DNA of 64,000 nt, taken from Anaeramoeba ignava BMAN (Eukaryota; Protista; Anaeramoebae). Positions within the stretch are counted from its first letter, which is position 1; each line of letters opens with the position of its first letter. Below, one piece after another: positions 50,832 through 62,239 of this stretch. The translations under genes were made by a program, and so were the position numbers. The notes beneath the pieces were generated by a model. The model did not search any database and had not been told where the DNA came from. It saw only the letters and a list, made by a program, of their open reading frames with translations. The DNA lies in assembly GCA_028826165.1 (NCBI GenBank), contig JAPDFW010000018.1, positions 1 to 64,000 on the forward strand. Reading direction: 5' to 3'.

Positions 50832-53759
50832 TTATTTTTTCTTTTTTGGATTTTTTGCTAAATAAAGTTGATAATCTAACCATTTAAAAGCTTTTGTCAA
50901 ACTTGATTTTAAATGTATTGAAGTTGGAAAAACACCCCAAATTCTATTAATTGAATAAAGATTAAAATTTTCAGCAATTTTTTTTGGACTAAAAGCATTA
51001 GAAAGATCTTGTTTATGAGCTAAAATTAAAACAACACAATGAGCTAAAGTTGGTTCATTAATAAAAGTAAGAAAAAATTCTCTCGCTTCTTCCATTCTTT
51101 GGTTATCTACACTATCAACTACAAAAATAAAACCATCAGTTCCAGGATAATAATGTCTCCATAAAGGTCGAATTTTATCACCTCCTCCAAGATCCCAAAC
51201 AGTAAGTTCATTAAAGAAATTTGATGAACTTAAAGATTCAACATTAAAACCTAATTTGATTTAATTTAAATTTAATTTAATATTTAATTTAATTTGATTT
51301 AATTTGATTTGATTTAATATTTAATTTGATTTGATTTAATTTTAATATTTAATTTAATTTGATTTAATATTTGATTTAATTTGATTTAATATTTAATTTA
51401 ATTTAATTTAATTTGATTTAATTTAATTTAATTTAATTTAATTTAATTTAATTTAATTTAATTTGATTTGATATTTAATTTAATTTAATTTGATTTGATA
51501 TTTAATTTAATTTAATTTGATTTGATATTTAATTTAATTTAATTTAATTTGATTTAATTTAATTTAAATTTGATTTAATTTAATTTGATTTAATTTAATT
51601 TAATTTAATTTGATTTAATTGGAATTTGATTTAATTTAAATTTGATTCCATTTTTTAAATTTAATTTAAAAATCGAATTTGATTTTAATTTGATTTTAAT
51701 ATTTAATCCAAAAATCATTTTTTTTTTCTAATTTAAATTTGATTAAATTTTTTGATTTGATTTGATTTGATTTGAAATTTTTTGATTTGAATTTGATTTG
51801 ATTTGATTTAATTTAATTTGATTTAATTTAATTTGATTTAATTTAATTTAATTTGATTTAATTTGATTTGATTTAATTTGATATTTAATTTAAATTTACC
51901 AACTGTTGGAATAGTTGTCACAATTGATCCAAGTTTTAATCTATATAAAATCGATGTTTTTCCTGATGCATCTAATCCAAAAAAAATCACTTTTGCTTCT
52001 CCAGATTTTTGCCAAAATTTCCTTTTAGGAATTTTAGAAAAATTATTTTTAGAAAGAATATTTGGATGAAAAACATAATCATCATAAGAATAAATTTTTG
52101 AAAAATATGCCTTTTTCCATCCATAATCAAAATTTTTAGGATCATTGATAATTTTAAGATATTTTTTTTCAGGTTTTCCAAATTGATTAATAAAAATATC
52201 TTGCCAAATCCAATTATGTGATGCAATTTTATTAAATTCCCAAGAAGTAAGTGTTAAAAGAATAATATTATTTCGAGGTAATAATGAAAGAATTTGAATA
52301 ATTTGTTCTGGTGGAAGAACCCAAAAATTCCCCAATGATTTTTTATATCGATTATCTTCTTCAATTTCTCTTTTTTCAATTTCTTTTTGTTTTTTGATTT
52401 TCTTTGAATTTTGATTTGGATTTGAATTTAATGATTCTTCTTTTTGTAATCCAATAAAACATGAATGGATCCATCCACATCCACAATCTCTAATAAAATA
52501 TTCATCTGAAATATTAATTCTTATTGGTTTGTTTAATGCTTCTATTTCTTTCTCATTTGAATTTTGATATTCAATTCCAAGTTGTCCAAATTTATTCACT
52601 CCAACTGAATATCCTTTTCCTTCTGAATCTAAAAAAACACAATAACTAGCTCCATATCCTCCATTTGCAAAAATATTTGCTATTTTCACATTGACGGGGA
52701 AAATAATCTCAATAAATTCTGATTGATTTTCTTGTTCTGGAATTCCAATAGATCTTCCTCTTCCACAAACATAAACTTTCCCTTCTTTATTCATAACAAT
52801 ACTTTGAACATCTCCACATTTGATATTTTTGATTTTTCCAATGTCTTTTGGTAATTCAACTAATGTCGGAATGTTTCTATCATTTAAATCTCCCAATCCA
52901 AGCTGTCCGTTTTTGTTTTTTCCACATGAATATAATTGATTAGTTTTTGTTAATGCAATAAAATGATAACCTCCTCCATTTATTTTTTTGATTGAATTTG
53001 ATAAGTTTGAAACTATTTCAGGTTTTGATCTTGATTCATTATCACCAACTCCTAATTGTCCATTAGAATTACTTCCCCATGAATATAAATTTCCACTTTG
53101 AAAAAAATTTTTTTTTTAGGGAAAAATTAATTTAAATTGCTTTTTTTTTCTTCTTTCTTTTTTTAATTGAAAAATTTTGATTTCTAATTCAATATTTACT
53201 TTGAATCAATAACAAAATTAAAATCACTTCCTGATGAAATTGATTTGATTTTTTCAGAAAATTCAAAATGAACAAAATCAATTTTCTTTTTTGGATTTTG
53301 TTGAAAAAGTAAATTAGTATAAAAAACTTCTCCATTCACAAGAACAAGTAAAGATAAAGTTCCACAAGAAATCATTTGAATATTTTGATCAATAAAATTA
53401 TCAATCGGAATAATAAATTGTGATCTTTTTTGGATTATTTTTTTATCATTTTTATTTTGAACATCAAGTTCTTTAATTTTGATTTGATTTTCTTTTTCTT
53501 TTTCTTTTTCTTTTTGATTTTGATTTTGTTGATAACTTGGTTTTGAAGTTAAAAGAGGAATTCCCCATAATAAAATCTTTCCTGATTTAAATCCTAAAAC
53601 AGTAATTGATGAACCACAAGAAATCTGAAGTATTTCATCATTATTGGAAATTTTATTAATAATTGGTGTTATGTTAATTGGTTCATAAATTATTTTTGAA
53701 GGTGTTCCTTCATAAAGAATTGCATTATTTTGATTTGAACCACAAATAAAAATATTCAT
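50832..53759 (-). CDS. RCC1-repeat + F-box + Arf-like GTPase fusion protein (exons 53759-53200, 53095-51900, 51250-50832)
   Basis: RCC1 [12 protein letters not shown] and GVNKFGQLG; F-box [27 protein letters not shown]; Arf [24 protein letters not shown]|[26 protein letters not shown]. Confidence 0.9.
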
Positions 53760-53785
53760 TTTGAAAAGAAAAAGAAAAAAATGAA

Positions 53786-54705
53786 AAATTTAAAATAGAA
53801 ATTAATAATAATTTATTTATAATTTATTTTAAAATTATATCAAAATATTTAATAAATTGATTAATACTTTAATATTCATTATTCCAAAATTTATATTTTA
53901 TTTATTAAATATTTTAATTTATTTTATTTCAAAATTTAAAATAGAAATTAATAATAATTTATTTATAATTTATTTTAAAATTATATCAAAATATTTAATA
54001 AATTGATTAATGCTTTAATATTTATTATTCCAAAATTTATATTTTATTTATTAAATATTTTAATTTATTTTATTTTAAAATTTAAAATAGAAATTAATAA
54101 TAATTTATTTATAATTTATTTTAAAATTATATCAAAATATTTAATAAATTGATTAATACCTTAATATTTATTATTCCAAAATTTATATTTTATTTATTAA
54201 ATATTTTAATTTATTTTATTTTAAAATTTAAAATAAAAATTAATAATAATTTATTTATAATTCATTTTAAAATTATATCAAAATATTTAATAAATTGATT
54301 AATGCTTTATTATTTATTATTTCAAAATTTATATTTTATTTATTAAATATTTTAATTTATTTTATTTCAAAATTTAAAATAGAAATTAATAATAATTTAT
54401 TTATAATTTATTTTAAAATTATATCAAAATATTTAATAAATTGATTAATGCTTTATTATTTATTATTTCAAAATTTATATTTTATTTATTAAAATATTTT
54501 AATTTATTTTATTTCAAAATTTAAAATAGAAATTAATAATAATTTATTTATAATTTATTTTAAAATTATATCAAAATATTTAATAAATTGATTAATACCT
54601 TAATATTTATTATTTCAAAATTTATATTTTATTTATAAAATATTTTAATTTATTTTATTTTAAAATTTAAAATAGAAATTAATAATAATTTATTTATAAT
54701 TTATG
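53786..54705. repeat. 146-bp AT-rich tandem repeat, ~6 copies; recurs at ~58250-58670 upstream of the second receptor copy
   Basis: Anchor ta(g/a)aaatt at 53796, 53942, 54088, 54234, 54380, 54527 and 54673. Confidence 0.85.
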
Positions 54706-55046
54706 AATTAAAATCGTTAAAAGAATTAAAAAGAAAAATAAGAAAGAAATTAATTAAAAAAAAAAAGGAAAAATAAAATTATCCACTTTTTCTTTATTAA
54801 TTAATTAATTAAAAATAAAAATTTTTTTTCATTTTTTTTTTCATTTTCATTCTCATTTTTTTTCTTTTTAAATCATTTAAAAAGTTAATAACAAAAATAA
54901 GTAAGATTATATTCTTAATTTTTTAAAAACAAAAATAAACACAAAATAAATAACTTACTAATTTAATTTTTGTTATTTTTATTAAATAAAAAAATCTAGC
55001 AAACAAAACAAAAACAAAAACAAAAACAAAACAAAAACAAAAAACA

Positions 55047-55094
<48 letters not shown>

Positions 55095-55109
55095 ACAAAA
55101 ACAAAACAA

Positions 55110-57842
55110 ATGAAATCAATTCTTTTCTTTTTCTTAATTATCAATATTTTCTTAATTCAATCAATTCAAACTCATCAAAAATTAATTTCATTATCATCAA
55201 TAAAAGAAACAGAAACAAAAATTCAAACAGAAACAACAAAATATTATTCTTCTCTAAATTCAGCTTGGATTTGGGGTTTATTAGAAGAATTTACAGGTTC
55301 ATCAAGATATTTTGGATATTCTACTGCAATTTATAAAAATGTTCTTGTTATTGGAGCTTATGATGTTAATCAAACATTTATTTATAGATATAATGGAACA
55401 AATTTTAATCTTGAACAAATTTTAACCAATATTTCAGTTTCAAGTTTTGGTTATAGAGTTGCAGTTTATGAAGATGTTATTGTTGTTGGAACTTATAATG
55501 AAAAACAAGCATTTATTTACAGATATAATGAAGGAAATTGGAATCTTGAACAAATTTTGAGTGAATCAGCTACATATTTTGGAATTAGTGTTTCAATTTA
55601 TGAGAATGTTACTGTTGTTGGAGCTTATGCTTCGAATCAAGCATTTATTTACAGATATAATGGAATAAATTGGAATCTTGAACAAAATTTCAATGAATCT
55701 TCCGCTATAAGTTTTGGGCATTCAGTTTCAGTTTATAAAAATGTTCTTGTTATTGGAGCTTATCAAGCAAATCAAACATTTATTTACAGATATAATGAAG
55801 GAAATTGGAATCTTGAACAAATTTTGAATGAATCAGCTTTAAATTTTGGAATTAGTGTTTCAATTTATGAAGATGTTATTGTTGTTGGAGCTTCTCAAGC
55901 AAGGCAAGCATTTATTTACAGATATAATGGATCAATTTGGAATTTTGAACAAAATTTCAATGAACCTTCAGTTTCTAATTTTGGAAGAACTGTTTCAATT
56001 TATGAAGATGTTATTGTTATTGGAACTTATCTTGCAAATCAAGCCTTAGGTTATAGATATAATGGAACATATTGGAATCTTGAAAAAAATTTTACTGAAT
56101 CAGGAACTACAAATTTTGGATGGCCTGTTTCAATTTATGGAAATATGACTGCTATTGGAACTTTTGGTGATAATCAAACATTTGTTTACAAAGTTGATTT
56201 TATTCCTCAAGTTAATATTATTAATTGTTCATCTTTATTTTTATCATTTGATTGTTATTGGGATAAAATTGAATCTCCCTTAACTTTGAAATATCAAATT
56301 AATTATGGTTTTGATTGGATTGATATTGATTCTCCAATTCTTGAAGATGTGAATGTTTATTATCAACAATTTAATTCTTCAATTTATGATAATATTACTG
56401 GAAATGAATATTATTCAATTCAAATCAAAGCTTGTGATTCAAATTCAATAAAATGTGGTGAATCTTCTTCTTTTATTAATTTAACAACAAAAATTGATTC
56501 TGTAAAAGATTTTCATTTATCAAATCCTTCAAATTATTCAATTAATATTACATGGAATCCTCCAAATGTTCAAATCAATGAAGGAATTGCTCATCTTGAT
56601 CATTATAATATTTCTTATTTCATTCAATCTCAACCTGATTTAATATCTTTCATTTCAGTTGATAATTCTTCAATTTCTTATTTTTTGAATAATTTAGAAT
56701 GTGAAAAAGATTATAATATTTCAATTTGTGGATGTAGAACACAAGAATGTGAAGGAGATGATAAAGGAGAAGTTATTGAATTACCAATTTTAATAAGTTT
56801 TGGAGAAGTTTCAAATATTTCATGTTCAATTTCATATTCATTAGATATTAATTGTAGTTGGAATTCAATTAATAATTGTCCAATTCCATTTTATTATAAT
56901 TTTACTTATCAATCAATTTCTCAAAATGATTCAAGAAATTATCAACCAACATCAACAAATCAACAATTCACAGCTCAAATTCCAAATCAAGAATATCAAA
57001 TCAATATATCAGCATGTAATTCAAATGATAAATGTGGAGATATTTCAACAATTTCAATTACAACAGATAATTTACCAATAGCTCCAACAATTTATGAAAT
57101 AATTTCTAAAATTGAAGAAATTGAATTTCATTTTATCAAATTAACAAATGCAAATAATTATTCAATTTCAGTTGATAATGGAACAAATTGGCAAAAATTT
57201 ACATTACTTGAATTTAATGGAATTCAAGTAATTGGAATCATAAATGGATTATCAGGAAATGTTGAATATAATATTTCAATTCGAGGATGTTCAGATTTAA
57301 ATTGTGAAACACCATATTTAGGAGAACCAAGTTCAATTAATTCAACAAAAGCTAAATTAGGAAATATTACTTCATTAAATTGTATATCATTAATTAATGG
57401 ATTTATTTGTACTTGGGATTCATTAATTTTATCAAGTGGATTAAAAGGATATTCATTTACTTATAATTCAACTTACAATTCAACATCAATTTGTTTAACA
57501 AATTTACAAGAACCTTATTATTCAATTACAGAATTAAAATCAGAAGAATATTATGAAATTTCAATTTATTCATCAGCTGATTTAAATTGTTCGAATAATG
57601 AATATTCAGGAATTAATTCAACAACATCAATTACAACATCATCTTCTTGTGAATCATGTGAACCATGTCAAAAAAGTGATAATTCAAGCAATACAACAGC
57701 AATAACTATTGGAATAATTGTTCCTATTATTGTTATTTCAACAATTATTATTGGAATTATTTTATATAAAAATAAAAAAAGAAAAAATCCAACTATTCAA
57801 ACTAAAGAAGAACAAGAACTTCAAGATGATTTAGATATTTAA
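55110..57842 (+). CDS. Type I membrane protein: signal peptide, 7-bladed FG-GAP-like beta-propeller, FN3-like stalk, TM helix, short tail (copy 1)
   Basis: Seven FGxSV(S/A)xY..V(I/V)GA..Q.FIYRYN..WNLE repeats; FN3-like ITWNPP..HYNISY..L..Y.ISI; TM AITIGIIVPIIVISTIIIGIILY. Confidence 0.85.
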   Translation: MKSILFFFLIINIFLIQSIQTHQKLISLSSIKETETKIQTETTKYYSSLNSAWIWGLLEEFTGSSRYFGYSTAIYKNVLVIGAYDVNQTFIYRYNGTNFNLEQILTNISVSSFGYRVAVYEDVIVVGTYNEKQAFIYRYNEGNWNLEQILSESATYFGISVSIYENVTVVGAYASNQAFIYRYNGINWNLEQNFNESSAISFGHSVSVYKNVLVIGAYQANQTFIYRYNEGNWNLEQILNESALNFGISVSIYEDVIVVGASQARQAFIYRYNGSIWNFEQNFNEPSVSNFGRTVSIYEDVIVIGTYLANQALGYRYNGTYWNLEKNFTESGTTNFGWPVSIYGNMTAIGTFGDNQTFVYKVDFIPQVNIINCSSLFLSFDCYWDKIESPLTLKYQINYGFDWIDIDSPILEDVNVYYQQFNSSIYDNITGNEYYSIQIKACDSNSIKCGESSSFINLTTKIDSVKDFHLSNPSNYSINITWNPPNVQINEGIAHLDHYNISYFIQSQPDLISFISVDNSSISYFLNNLECEKDYNISICGCRTQECEGDDKGEVIELPILISFGEVSNISCSISYSLDINCSWNSINNCPIPFYYNFTYQSISQNDSRNYQPTSTNQQFTAQIPNQEYQINISACNSNDKCGDISTISITTDNLPIAPTIYEIISKIEEIEFHFIKLTNANNYSISVDNGTNWQKFTLLEFNGIQVIGIINGLSGNVEYNISIRGCSDLNCETPYLGEPSSINSTKAKLGNITSLNCISLINGFICTWDSLILSSGLKGYSFTYNSTYNSTSICLTNLQEPYYSITELKSEEYYEISIYSSADLNCSNNEYSGINSTTSITTSSSCESCEPCQKSDNSSNTTAITIGIIVPIIVISTIIIGIILYKNKKRKNPTIQTKEEQELQDDLDI

Positions 57843-59116
57843 GTTCAGAAACCAATTTCCAATTTCCAATTTCCAATTCTTTTTTCAATTTCTTTTTTCG
57901 ATTCTTTTTCAATTCTTTTTCTTTTTCAATTCTTTTTTCAATTTCTTTTTCAATTTTTTTCAAAAATTTTCTTTTTCAATTCTTTTTCAATTTTTCATTT
58001 CAATTTTTTTTCAATTTAAAACAAAAAGAAAAATTGAAATTCAAAAATAATATTTTTAATTAAATTTAATTTTTACGATTTTGATAAAACTATTTGAAAA
58101 AAAAGAATTTTCAGATATTTCATTTAAAAACAGAAAATGAAGAAATAATTGAAATTTCATATTTTATTAAAATTTAGATTAATTCAATTTCAAAATCAAA
58201 TTGAAAAATTTCAAAAATTATTTCAAATTTCAATTAAAAATTAAATCAAATATTTAAAAAATTGATTAAAACTTTAATATTTATTATTCCAAAATTTATA
58301 TTTTTTATAAAATATTTTAATTTATTTTATTTCAAAATTTAAAATAAAATTAATAATAATTTATTTATAATTTATTTTAAAATTATATCAAAATATTTAA
58401 TAAATTGATTAAAACTTTAATATTTATTATTTCAAAATTTATATTTTATTTATAAAATATTTTAATTTATTTTATTTCAAAAATTTAAAATAGAAATTAA
58501 TAATAATTTATTTATAATTTATTTTAAAATTATATCAAAATATTTAATAAATTGATTAAAACCTTATATTATTTATTATTCCAAAATTTATATTTTATTT
58601 ATAAAATATTTTAATTTATTTTATTTTAAAATTTAAAATAGAAATTAATAATAATTTATTTATAATTTATTTTGAATTAAAATCGTTAAAAGAATTAAAA
58701 AGAAATAAGAAAGAAATTAATTAAAAAGGAAAAATAAAATTATCCACTTTTTCTTTATTAATTATTAAAAAAAATAAAAAATTTTTCATTTTTTCTTTTT
58801 TCATTCTCATTTTTTCTTTTAAAATCATTTAAAAGTTAAAATAAAAAAAATAATTTATAAGATTATATTCTTAATTTTTAAAAACAAAAATAAACACAAA
58901 ATAAATAGCTTTAAATAATTTAATTTTTGTTATTATTTTTCTTTTTAAATTATTAAAAAAATAAAAAAATAAGATTATAACTTAAAAACAAAAAAAACAA
59001 AAATAAAAACAAAAACAAAAACAAAAACAAAAACAAAAACAAAACAAAAACAAAACAAAAACAAAACAAAACAAAAACAAAACAAAACAAAAACAAAACA
59101 AAACAAAACAAAACAA

Positions 59117-61844
59117 ATGAAATCAATTCTTTTCTTTTTCTTAATTATCAATATTTTCTTAATTCAATCAATTCAAACTCATCAAAAATTAATTTCATTA
59201 TCATCAATAAAAGAAACAGAAACAGAAACAAAAATTCAAACAGAAACAACAAAATATTATTCTTCTCTAGATCCAGCTTGGATTTGGGGTTTATTAGAAG
59301 AATTTACAGGTTCATCAAGATATTTTGGATCTGCTACTGCAATTTATAAAAATGTTCTTGTTATTGGAGCTTATGATGTTAATCAAACATTTATTTACAG
59401 ATATAATGGAACAAATTTTAATCTTGAACAAATTTTAACCAATATTTCAGTTTTAAATTTTGGTTATAGAGTTGCAGTTTATGAAGATGTTATTGTTATT
59501 GGATCTTATACTGAAAAACAAGTATTTATTTACAGATATAATGAAGGAAATTGGAATCTTGAACAAATTTTGAGTGAATCAGCTACATATTTTGGAATTA
59601 GTGTTTCAATTTATGAGAATGTTACTGTTGTTGGAGCTTCTTCTTCAAATCAAGTATTTATTTACAGATATAATGGAGGAAATTGGAATCTTGAAAAACT
59701 TTTGAGTGAATCAATTCTATATTTTGGGCATTCAGTTTCAGTTTATAAAGATGTTCTTGCTATTGGAGCTTCTGCCGCAAATCAAGCATTTATTTACAGA
59801 TATAATGAAGGAAATTGGAATCTTGAACAAAATTTGAATGAATCAGCTTCATATTTTGGAATTAGTGTTTCAATTTATGAAAATGTTCTTGTTATTGGAG
59901 CTCATATTGGAAAGCAAGCATTTGTTTACAGATATAATGGATCAATTTGGAATCTTGAACAAAATTTCAATGAATCTTCACTTTCATGGTTTGGATATTC
60001 TGTTTCAATTTATGAAAGTCTTATTGTTATTGGAACTTATCTTGCAAATCAAGCCTTAGGTTATAGATATAATGGAACATATTGGAATCTTTGAAAAAAA
60101 TTTTACTGAATCAGGAACTACAAAATTTGGATGGCCTGTTTCAATTTATGGAAATATGACTGCTATTGGAACTTATGGTGGAAATCAAACATTTGTTTAC
60201 AAAGTTGATTTTATTCCTCAAGTTAATATTATTAATTGTTCATCTTTATTTTCATCATTTGATTGTTATTGGGATAAAATTGAATCTCCCTTAACTTTGA
60301 AATATCAAATTAATTATGGTTTTGATTGGATTGATATTGATTCTCCAATTCTTGAAGATGTGAATGTTTATTATCAACAATTTAATTCTTCAATTTATGA
60401 TAATATTACTGGAAATGAATATTATTCAATTCAAATCAAAGCTTGTGATTCAAATTCAATAAAATGTGGTGAATCTTCTTCTTTAATTAATTTAACAACA
60501 AAAATTGATTCTGTAAAAGATTTTCATTTATCAAATCCTTCAAATTATTCAATTAATATTACATGGAATCCTCCAAATGTTCAAATCAATGAAGGAATTG
60601 CTCATCTTGATCATTATAATATTTCTTATTTCATTCAATCTCAACCTGATTTAATATCTTTCATTTCAGTTGATAATTCTTCAATTTCTTATTTTCTAGA
60701 AAATTTAGAATGTGAAAAAGATTATAATATTTCAATTTGTGGATGTAGAACACAAGAATGTGAAGGAGATGATAAAGGAGAAGTTATTGAATTACCAATT
60801 TCAATAAGTTTTGAAGAAGTTTCAAATATTTCATGTTCAATTTCATATTCATTAGATATTAATTGTAGTTGGAATTCAATTAATAATTGTCCAATTCCAT
60901 TTTATTATAATTTTACTTATCAATCAATTTCTCAAAATGATTCAAGAAATTATCAACCAACATCAACAAATCAACAATTTACAGCTCAAATTCCAAATCA
61001 AGAATATCAAATCAATATATCAGCATGTAATTCAAATGATAAATGTGGAGATATTTCAACAATTTCAATTACAACAGATAATTTACCAATAGCTCCAACA
61101 ATTTATGAAATAATTTCTAAAATTGAAGAAATTGAATTTCATTTTATCAAATTAACAAATGCAAATAATTATTCAATTTCAGTTGATAATGGAACAAATT
61201 GGCAAAAATTTACATTACTTGAATTTAATGGAATTCAAGTAATTGGAATCATAAATGGATTATCAGGAAATGTTGAATATAATATTTCAATTCGAGGATG
61301 TTCAGATTTAAATTGTGAAACACCATATTTAGGAGAACCAAGTTCAATTAATTCAACAAAAGCTAAATTAGGAAATATTACTTCATTAAATTGTATATCA
61401 TTAATTAATGGATTTATTTGTACTTGGGATTCATTAATTTTATCAAGTGGATTAAAAGGATATTCATTTACTTATAATTCAACTTACAATTCAACATCAA
61501 TTTGTTTAACAAATTTACAATCACCTCGTTATTCAATTACAGAATTAAAATCAGAAGAATATTATGAAATTTCAATTTATTCATCAGCTGATTTAAATTG
61601 TTCGAATAATGAATATTCAGGAATTAATTCAACAACATCAATTACAACATCACCTCCTTATGAACCATGTCAAAAAAGTGATAATTCAAGCAATACAACA
61701 GCAATAACTATTGGAATAATTGTTCCTATTATTGTTATTTCAACAATTATTATTGGAATTATTTTATATAAAAATAAAAAAAGAAAAAATCCAACTATTC
61801 AAACTAAAGAAGAACAAGAACTTCAAGATGATTTAGATATTTAA
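59117..61844 (+). CDS. FG-GAP propeller/FN3 membrane protein, copy 2 (single extra T near 60091)
   Basis: Tandem paralog; ORFs 59117-60094 and 60072-61844 join if one T is removed. Confidence 0.85.
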
Positions 61845-62239
61845 GTTCAGAAACCAATTTCCAATTTCCAATTTCCAATTCTTTTTCTTTTTTCAATTTC
61901 TTTTTCAATTCTTTTTCTTTTTCAATTTCTTTTTTCAATTCTTTTTTCAATTTCTTTTTCCAATTCTTTTTCTTTTTCAATTCTTTTTCTTTTTCAATTC
62001 TTTTTCTTTTTCAATTTCTTTTTTCAATTTCTTTTTTCAATTCTTTTTTCTTTTTCAATTCCAAAAAAAACAAAAATTAATTCCAAAAAAATAATCTTTT
62101 TAATTCTTTAATTTTTTGATTTTGATTTCGATTTTGATTTTAATTTTAATTTTAATTTTAATTTTAATTTTATTTTTGATTTTTAATTTTAAATTTTAAT
62201 TTTAATTTTAATTTTAATTTTTGAATTTTAATTTTGATT

